Assembly (NCBI GenBank): GCA_964019335.1
Contig: OZ025700.1
Span: forward strand, 186,001 to 250,000
Origin: Diplonema japonicum
Taxonomy: Eukaryota; Protista; Euglenozoa: Diplonemea
Direction of reading: 5' to 3'
DNA: 64,000 nt
In this document: positions 56,817 to 64,000 of the stretch, piece after piece
How the letters are laid out: every line of letters begins with the position of its first letter
How positions within the stretch are numbered: position 1 is the first letter of the stretch
Notes under the pieces: generated by a model
Database searches by the model: none
What the model saw: the letters and a program-made list of their open reading frames with translations, nothing else
Told to the model about the DNA's origin: nothing
Made by a program: the position numbers and the translations under genes

Positions 56817-58289
56817 TCACAAAAACTTTTGCAACAGTTCCAGCCCTTTGTCCCTGTAGCCCTCGTCGCTGGACGAGGCGAAGACGACCGCTGCGGTTCG
56901 TTTGATCTTTGCGATGGAGCCCTCCTCGTCGTGCAGCAAGGGGCTCTCCAGCCTGGTGAGGATGGTGTCGAGAAGAGGCAGGAACGGGGAGAGCACCTGC
57001 GGGTCCTGCACTTGGTTGAAACACGTGGTCAACAACTCGAGGTTGTTCTGAAGCTGCGGCAGCTTCGGGATGTCCGACTTGCTGTAGACATAGATCGCAT
57101 GCTGCAGGTATTCAAGACTCTCACGATGCTTCGACTGCTGCACAAGACACAAAGCAACAGATGCAGCACACCATCCACTCAGATCATTGGTGTGCCCACA
57201 GTTGTCCGTGAATAAAGTGTGCGCTTCTTTGTAGTTAGACGCTGCTCTTGAAAGGTATTCCTTTGACTCCAACACGGGTACTGTTTCGGACGAAAGAACG
57301 GTCAAGCTACCGGTGTCCAAATCAAGTTTTTCTTCACCCTCCTCAGCAGGAGTTGGGGATGATGTCCGAAGAGTGGCCAACGCAAGGTAACAGTCGCCCA
57401 ACGCCTGGCAGATTTTCGCGTGCATAACATGTTCGCCTGGTTCTGCTAGTTGATGTAGAGGGATCGCTTCTGCGATTGTGGCTGAAGCCTTGCGAAGCAA
57501 GTCGAAGTTTGAGGTGTTGAACGCAACGGTTGCCATGCAGTAGCCTACGTCCCAACGGTCCCACCATGTCGCTTCTCCTTTGAGGTGAGCACATTTAAGA
57601 TAGTAAGGTAGTGCTTGATCGGATTTGTTGAGGGCTTGCAATGCCATTCCGATATTTCTGTATAACATATCGAAGAGTTCTATGGCCTCTTCGGGCTTGT
57701 AAGGGATGCATGCTTCGAGCTCGCGGAGCATAATGAGGGCTTCGGCATGGCGTTGCTGTTTCATACGAACGGTGGAAGCATGGTTGAGGGCCTTGATGAG
57801 CCACACACCTCCTCGTGTCCTGCATTTTGGTAGTGCTTCGTCCATTATGGCGGCTGCTTTGGCGATTTTGTAGTTTTTGAGGTAGGCTCCCACTAGGTCG
57901 AGGGCGTGTCCTAAGGTTACAGAATCGTCGAGGGATTCTGTTTTACTGTAGATTTCCTTGAATTGTGTTTCTAGTGTTGTAACGCGTTCTTCGTTGCCTT
58001 GCTCGCCATCTTGGAACTCTTCGTCCGTCCATCTTCTGTTCAGGACCGCTTCTTTCTCCACCACGTCGGCCAGGATTTTTGACCCGTAGTGGTCCTTTCC
58101 CATTACTGCTTCGACACTGTCTTTCAGGGCGATGGCTTCCATTAGACCCATGCCTTCCAGACCTTTTTTTTCCCGTTGTTTTGCGAGTTTTGTTCCACCC
58201 AAGCCTCCCCGAACGTGCCATGCTTTTTTAGCTGTGTTCTCCTCCGCTACTATTTCGCTGCTTAGGCGTACTAGTGATTTTCGAAGCAT
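56817..58289 (-). CDS. TPR-like repeat protein, likely mitochondrial
   Basis: ATG at 58289 after an A-run (MLRKSLVRL); TPR-like helices (LYRNIGMALQALNKSDQALPYY). The upstream extension in the ORF track is UTR. Confidence 0.82.
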   Translation of the reverse strand: MLRKSLVRLSSEIVAEENTAKKAWHVRGGLGGTKLAKQREKKGLEGMGLMEAIALKDSVEAVMGKDHYGSKILADVVEKEAVLNRRWTDEEFQDGEQGNEERVTTLETQFKEIYSKTESLDDSVTLGHALDLVGAYLKNYKIAKAAAIMDEALPKCRTRGGVWLIKALNHASTVRMKQQRHAEALIMLRELEACIPYKPEEAIELFDMLYRNIGMALQALNKSDQALPYYLKCAHLKGEATWWDRWDVGYCMATVAFNTSNFDLLRKASATIAEAIPLHQLAEPGEHVMHAKICQALGDCYLALATLRTSSPTPAEEGEEKLDLDTGSLTVLSSETVPVLESKEYLSRAASNYKEAHTLFTDNCGHTNDLSGWCAASVALCLVQQSKHRESLEYLQHAIYVYSKSDIPKLPQLQNNLELLTTCFNQVQDPQVLSPFLPLLDTILTRLESPLLHDEEGSIAKIKRTAAVVFASSSDEGYRDKGLELLQKFL

Positions 58290-58673
58290 TTTTTTTTTTT
58301 TTTTAATTGTTCGTTGGAAGGGGAGTTTCTTTTTTTTCTTCTCTCCCCGGTTGCCTTTTTTTTTTTTTTTTTTTTTTTTTAATTTGTTGTGTGGAGTGTA
58401 GGTAAAAGAAAAAAGAATAAAATAAAAAAATAAAAAAAAAAAACGAGAATTAGGCATAGAGTGGAAGGGAAGTTGTGTGAGATAATGGAGGGCTTGTTTT
58501 CCTTCTTTTTCTTTTCTTTTTTTTTTTCCTGGTGTCATGTGAAACAATTGTGGTGGAAGAGAGGGAAAGAGGGAGGATGGGGGAAGGGTCGGATACGTGA
58601 GGAAAGAAAAAAAAAAAAAAACTACAAAAAAAAAAGAAATAAAAGAGAGGGAATAAAAAGAAACTCGATAATT

Positions 58674-58891
58674 TAAAGGAAGCCGGTGGGGGCACCCTGC
58701 ACCTGGTGTTGGCGGCGCCCTGCACAAGCACCATCTACTTGATTACAGGGGGCGCACCTCGGCCTAGCTGTAGCTTCTTCTGGCGTTCCGCGCAGTGTCC
58801 CTAACCAAGATGAGCCCGTGTAGTTTGCTGCCCGTCTATGTATCCAGAGCACCTGCTTCCTTCTTTATATTTCCATGTTATCCCCACCACC
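58674..58891 (-). repeat. Element family A copy with an internal deletion of the ribozyme core
   Basis: Keeps the 5' GGUGGUGGGGAUAACAUG and the 3' body but lacks the P2 5' strand, P3/L3 and the P1 3' strand. Confidence 0.85.
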
Positions 58892-59923
58892 TTAAAGAAA
58901 AAAAGAAAAAAAGAGGGGGGGGAAAAAAACTATTCAAGCACAGGTCTTCTCTTTTATTATTAGGTGCGCACTGAAGATTTCATAGCTTGGCTGCACGAGT
59001 GTTCGCTTCCATTTGTTTAATTTTTTTAAATGTGTGTATAAGATTAACTAACTGCGCTCCTCACGAATAGTCCTTTAGGGTTACTGACAGACAAAAAAAA
59101 AGAGATATAAAAAAAAAGGAAACAAAAAACTATATGGCCAGTTTATTTTTTTTTAACACCTCATCTAAAACCCGTCTGGGCTGTCAGCCCTGGACGTGCT
59201 CTAATGGGGTTCTTGAGTGGACTTTGGGAAAAAATTCGAAAATCCCAACAGAAAAAAAAGGGGGGGGGGGGAAATACAGCAAATAAACTGGCCATATTAT
59301 CATTAATACGAAAATTTAAAAAAAAAAAAAAAAAAGGGACAGAAAAAAAAAGAGGAGAAAAAAAGAGGAACAAGGAATAAAATTAAAAAAAATCCTTTGA
59401 GCACAAATAAGTGGCAGTTTTTTTTTTTTTTTTTTTTCTTCTTCTTGTTCTTCCCCTTTTTTTTTTTTTTTTTTTTTTTGAAAATTGCATTCTCGGTTTT
59501 CACTAAAATGGAAAGAAAAAAAAAAAGGAAACAAAACCCCCCCATGCCCAGGATCCTGAGCCAGGGAGTTCCCCGCGAATTTCTTTTTTTAAAAAGATGT
59601 TTTTTCCTTCTTTTTTCCTCCCCATTCTCAGGCAGACAACTTTGCAATTTTTCCTTTTGTAGGAAATAAACTAAATCAACCTCCTAAATCGTCTCAAAGA
59701 AAGAAAGAAAAAAAAAAACAACTACTGCCAAAAAAAAAGAAAGCATCGACAATAATAATAATAAGAACAAGAAAAAAAAAAAAGAAGGACTTGCCACACG
59801 TTTTTTTTTTTTTTTTTCTTTTTTTTTCCTGTTGTATTTTAACTAAAAAAGAAGAAGAAAGAGAAAGCAAAAAAAAAAAAAAAAAAAAAAGAGTATTGAT
59901 AGCAGTACTCCCCCTCCCTTCTC

Positions 59924-60445
59924 TTATTTATCAAGAAGACCTTGCATTGATGCAATATTCTTCTGCTGCTCCTGTGTGTCGAAAAAGGCTATAATTTCAT
60001 CTTTTGTGGGCTCGGCGGGTTTTGGTGCTGCTCTCTTTTGCCTCACTGGCTTGTCATCATCTGAGTCCGGATAACCTTCTGCGGCAAGCTGCATTTTGAC
60101 CCACTCCCTCTCTGACATTTCTGTAGGAATCGTGAACATTAGGCTACGGTCGCTCTCTGCCAGTTCGGGGTCGTAATTCGGGTACCACTTCCCATTAGCA
60201 GAATACAAGCCAGACCCATATTCCTGCTGGGGCTTTACCCTGTGCATCCCCATCATTTGTAACTGCTGCTGGTACATCAAGTGTTGCGTTACCTGTTCCC
60301 CACACCACCCCTGGTCCCTCGGCGGCTTTCGCTGGTGCCTGTTCTGTTCTTGATGGGTCGGCTTCACCCCCATCATCGCCATTTGCATCATCATCATTTC
60401 ATTCTGCGGGCATTCCCCAAGCCCTCCATATCCTCCATACATCAT
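59924..60445 (-). CDS. Hypothetical M/Q/G-rich protein
   Basis: 173-aa ORF directly after an A-run, in a homopolymer-free island. Confidence 0.7.
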   Translation of the reverse strand: MMYGGYGGLGECPQNEMMMMQMAMMGVKPTHQEQNRHQRKPPRDQGWCGEQVTQHLMYQQQLQMMGMHRVKPQQEYGSGLYSANGKWYPNYDPELAESDRSLMFTIPTEMSEREWVKMQLAAEGYPDSDDDKPVRQKRAAPKPAEPTKDEIIAFFDTQEQQKNIASMQGLLDK

Positions 60446-60530
60446 TTTTTTTTTTTTTTTTTTAAATTTCCGGGTGTGTACTACTTTCCCCCTTCCTGTT
60501 GTGTTAAAATATAACGGTAGAGAAGAACAT

Positions 60531-60569
<39 letters not shown>

Positions 60570-60618
60570 ATGAGGGGGAGGGGGACATGCGTGTAAATGG
60601 AAGAGAAAAAAAAAATAA

Positions 60619-63600
60619 TTATAAGGTGGTCAGCCCATCGCCGATTTTATCGCAAAGAAGGAACACCTTGTCCCTGGGTTTTTCGTGAGATTGCTGCGGC
60701 TGTTTGCAAAGCTTGTCCTGCACGCCTTGCAGCCAGGTTTCGAGCATGTACTGTCTCTCGTGCTCCTTGGCTTTTTGGTCTTGGCTTTGTTGCTGCTTGC
60801 TCTTGAGCATGCGGCACTCAATGAGAAGCAGTTTTTCTTCGTTGGTGCTGCAGGACTCGCGGTCCATTTGAAGAGATTCCTCGAGCAAGGCAACGGCATT
60901 GCCGTACCTTCCTTGCGATTTTAGAATCCTGGCAGTACAGAGCATTACGTGGCAAATGTCCTGCATGACGACCGGGGTGAAGAGCACCGCGTGCGTCATT
61001 TTCAATTCACTGTACATCTGAACGGCATCCTTGTACTTCCCAAGCGCGATCGTTTGGTTGCCGAGTGCAGTGTGGCAATCACCGCAGCCTTTGATAGAGT
61101 TTGCAAGGCGGAGACCACACCCTTCCACAACTTTGCACAATGTGGAACTCAGTTGATACAAATTCAATGCTTCCTCGAAACATTCCTTTCTCTTGAACAA
61201 CCCAGCGAGCTCGTGTATAATCTTCGCCGTGTCGCGGTGATACTTACCGGCTACCTTCTCCTTGAGCTCCAACAGGTAATGGTACGTGTCTATCGCACCG
61301 TCGGTGTTTCCCGATGCGGATTGAACTGCTGCAAGAGTGGTGTAACATTTCAGCGTCAAAGAATTGTCAGGTCCCAATGAAGCCTTAGAGGCTTCAAGTG
61401 CTTTCATCACCATGGGCAGAGCTTTGTTGTACATCGCTCGTTCATTCCAAACCTGCGCGATTCGCAGATAGGACCAGACCACTGTGGTATGGTTCGTCCC
61501 GTACAGATTCTCGCATATGGAGAGGGACTTTGCAAACGTTTTGAACGCGGTGTCGTGGCTTTGGTTCGATTGGTGGAACGCACCCAAATAATTCAGAACG
61601 TACACGTACTGCGGGGACAGCGCACCGAACTGGTTCTGAGCCTCGGTGAGCGCTTCGCGAAAATACACAATAGCTGGGACCGAACCATGAGACAAGATAC
61701 CTTGTTTGACACACATCATCTTTGCACGTGCGACGGTGCATAGTGTTTTAGATAGCTCGAGCGATGTTTGTTCCCTTCTTGCCACCATGAGGTCTTCGGC
61801 GATCTGGAAGGCTTGAAGACCTTTCTCCGCTTTCATGAACACCTCGGCTAACTTGTCTTGTAAGTGAAGTGATTGTAATGGGGAGCTTTCGCCTCCGTTT
61901 TCAACTTCAAGTCTACCCACAGCGTCTCCGATGGAGGATGTTGCGTCGTCCCATCGTCGTTGAAGAGCGTATATGGATCCCAATGTCGCCAGACCGTTCA
62001 CGACTAAACTGTCGCCTGCGCCGTATGTTCGGTGAAGGAGTGGGAGGGATTGTTCTAAGAGATCTGCGGAATAAGCAGGGCATCGGATGTGCAGGTTCAT
62101 GGCCACGTGGTACATTGTCCGTGCGTGGGTGACGTCTGATACTTGTTTTGAAACCTCGATCGCTGTGTCGAAATATAGCATTTTCTTCGTTGCCGCCGAC
62201 GCCCTGCCCATCGTTAGCAGCCTGCCCACCGTTTCCCAAGCCGGTTTCCCGCCGTTTCTGAACATGTTCTTGTTAATTTGTTCCACGTACCCGGTTTGCC
62301 CACTGCTCCTTGATATTTCTTTGTCTTCCAAACTTATCACCTTCGTCACGCATCGGAACGCTATGACATCCGGGCACGATTTCTCCGTCTCAGAAGGTTT
62401 CAAAGACAACGGCGGGTTGAGCTGAAGCCCGGCTAGACCGGCGATTCTGCGAACGAGTCTTTCCATGCTGATGTTTTGCCGCACCTTCGCAGGGGTTTCC
62501 TCGTACTTCTCCTTCACGAACGGGAGGAACTCGATGGACCAGAATTGTTGGCTCTGCAGGTCCGTTCCACAAAGAAGTTTCAGCAACCTATTGACGTCCT
62601 GCAAAGGGTGCTTCGACGAGAAGACCGTGGTGCATACAAGGTCCTTGAAAGCCCTTCCCAGAATCTCCTCGTTTAGAATTTCGATCGCCGCAAACCCGCC
62701 TTTTTTTACAAAGGTGTTCTCGTCTGGTTCTTGCCCTGTTGCGGTTGTCTGGAGTTGGATCTTGGGCTTCACCAGCCCATCGTGACGGTGCTGCTTCCCA
62801 ACACGGATCCCTCTTGTGTGTTGCGTTGGGGTTCCCTTCACAAAGGCGTGCTGTTTCACATTGTCTGAATACGCGTATTTTTCTACCATAGCGCTGAGGA
62901 CGCCCAGCTGGTGACACGTCATTCCCTTGTCTTTGATAAACTTCAGTAATGACCCTCCATCCATCTCCGACAAGGCCAGCGTGCTTGTATTTATCTCGCT
63001 GGCAAGGTCTGGTACAACCGACGCGTAAAGCCGTTTCCACACCTTGGCAGCTTTTCGATCCGCCTGTCCTCGGAGGTACATAGGAGCGAAGGGGTAGTAC
63101 GCGCAAGAAAGCAACGGGTATGGCGATGTTTTAAGCACCTTCGGACCCAGCCTTCTAACCGTGGATTCGTTGCGAGGAGGCTGGCATGGGAGTAGATTTG
63201 ACGCTTGTGTGATGTACAGCCTGTGGTGTTCAGGGTCTTTCCGTACTTCAACGGCCAATCCAGCAACCTCCACTGTTCCAATGGGGTTTGTCTCGACGCT
63301 GGTTTTGGATGATGTGAAATCTGTTGAGTTGCGTGTTCTGGAGGCGTTGAGGTGTCTGACGTCCAACGACGATGTTTCGCAAGTAGAAGAAGACCTCTCG
63401 TTTAAAGATGTGAGATGTCTGAAATTTCGCACCGCGCGCACGCCTGGCTTTATCTTCCCCTTCTCGTACACGGTCACGGAGAACTCCGTGAGATTGAACT
63501 CCTGGCCGACGTGGCGAAGCATCGCTACTGCATCGTCTTCCGGTTTCAAACACATCCCGCATGATACATATCTCGCCTCTTTGAATGTTTCCGTGTAGTC

Positions 63601-64000
63601 GTCTTTGCTTTCTTGTTTGGGGAGAAGGGTCAGTATGATCTTTGTCGAGGACGATGGGAGATATTCTTCCTCGTGAGTAATTTTGATGTCTTTCGTTGGA
63701 GGGGCTTGCTGAAGCTGCCCCCCCGCATGTAGGTCCTCATCAACAGTAATCGAACACGACACGAATAGACGGTGTCCTTTATAAGACACCACGCAGCACA
63801 ACGGTACCGAAGCTAAGTTCGTCCGTGCGACGCCTTGCAAGGCTCTCAGTTCTACCTTCGCGGCCTTCATGGCAAGCAGTGTTGACCCGTGAAACTGCAC
63901 GGCTTGCGGGTTGGTTACCAATTTGTAACTGATACCGTTGACGTAGTACTGCCACTTTCTTCCAACGATTGGGTTGATGCGCTTGTACCCTACAGGATGC
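60619..64000 (-). CDS. Clu-domain plus TPR-repeat protein, 5'-partial
   Basis: YYVNGISYKL...AMKAAKVELRA...PLCCVVSYKGHRL (Clu-like); kinesin-light-chain-type TPRs at the C-terminus; frame open to the right edge. Confidence 0.8.
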   Translation of the reverse strand, partial: HPVGYKRINPIVGRKWQYYVNGISYKLVTNPQAVQFHGSTLLAMKAAKVELRALQGVARTNLASVPLCCVVSYKGHRLFVSCSITVDEDLHAGGQLQQAPPTKDIKITHEEEYLPSSSTKIILTLLPKQESKDDYTETFKEARYVSCGMCLKPEDDAVAMLRHVGQEFNLTEFSVTVYEKGKIKPGVRAVRNFRHLTSLNERSSSTCETSSLDVRHLNASRTRNSTDFTSSKTSVETNPIGTVEVAGLAVEVRKDPEHHRLYITQASNLLPCQPPRNESTVRRLGPKVLKTSPYPLLSCAYYPFAPMYLRGQADRKAAKVWKRLYASVVPDLASEINTSTLALSEMDGGSLLKFIKDKGMTCHQLGVLSAMVEKYAYSDNVKQHAFVKGTPTQHTRGIRVGKQHRHDGLVKPKIQLQTTATGQEPDENTFVKKGGFAAIEILNEEILGRAFKDLVCTTVFSSKHPLQDVNRLLKLLCGTDLQSQQFWSIEFLPFVKEKYEETPAKVRQNISMERLVRRIAGLAGLQLNPPLSLKPSETEKSCPDVIAFRCVTKVISLEDKEISRSSGQTGYVEQINKNMFRNGGKPAWETVGRLLTMGRASAATKKMLYFDTAIEVSKQVSDVTHARTMYHVAMNLHIRCPAYSADLLEQSLPLLHRTYGAGDSLVVNGLATLGSIYALQRRWDDATSSIGDAVGRLEVENGGESSPLQSLHLQDKLAEVFMKAEKGLQAFQIAEDLMVARREQTSLELSKTLCTVARAKMMCVKQGILSHGSVPAIVYFREALTEAQNQFGALSPQYVYVLNYLGAFHQSNQSHDTAFKTFAKSLSICENLYGTNHTTVVWSYLRIAQVWNERAMYNKALPMVMKALEASKASLGPDNSLTLKCYTTLAAVQSASGNTDGAIDTYHYLLELKEKVAGKYHRDTAKIIHELAGLFKRKECFEEALNLYQLSSTLCKVVEGCGLRLANSIKGCGDCHTALGNQTIALGKYKDAVQMYSELKMTHAVLFTPVVMQDICHVMLCTARILKSQGRYGNAVALLEESLQMDRESCSTNEEKLLLIECRMLKSKQQQSQDQKAKEHERQYMLETWLQGVQDKLCKQPQQSHEKPRDKVFLLCDKIGDGLTTL

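Noticed and set aside
59067-59083. TTTAGGGTTA telomere-like word
   Set aside because: Single unit, no array.

Overview
Eukaryotic nuclear DNA with very homopolymer-rich spacers. All ~31 protein genes I can support lie on the minus strand, as in a euglenozoan polycistronic unit. The presence of cis-introns suggests a diplonemid-like organism rather than a trypanosomatid (inference). Gene content: an array of seven intronless ABCG half-transporters, four theta-like GST genes (one with two domains), cysteine synthase, CDC50, p23, a Kelch-PB1-MAP3K, V-ATPase subunit C, RPB10, a SYP7-like SNARE, calcyphosin, an ABHD13-like hydrolase, an IMP1-like protein, TPR and Clu-TPR proteins, and a decayed non-LTR retrotransposon. 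Main non-obvious signals: (1) two sequence-unrelated HDV-like self-cleaving ribozyme folds (minus strand 10020-9887 and 29961-29886). Both are in sense to the polycistron, each follows a poly-U tract and heads a short non-coding element, and one element family has two further ribozyme-less copies. (2) 26 tiny (38-69 nt) GT-AG introns, about 19 of which have a poly-A tract instead of a polypyrimidine tract before the AG. (3) A nested domain insertion inside V-ATPase subunit C. (4) MGC dual-acylation leaders on three GSTs and on cysteine synthase. All structures and splice models were derived by eye, and homopolymer lengths may contain sequencing error.
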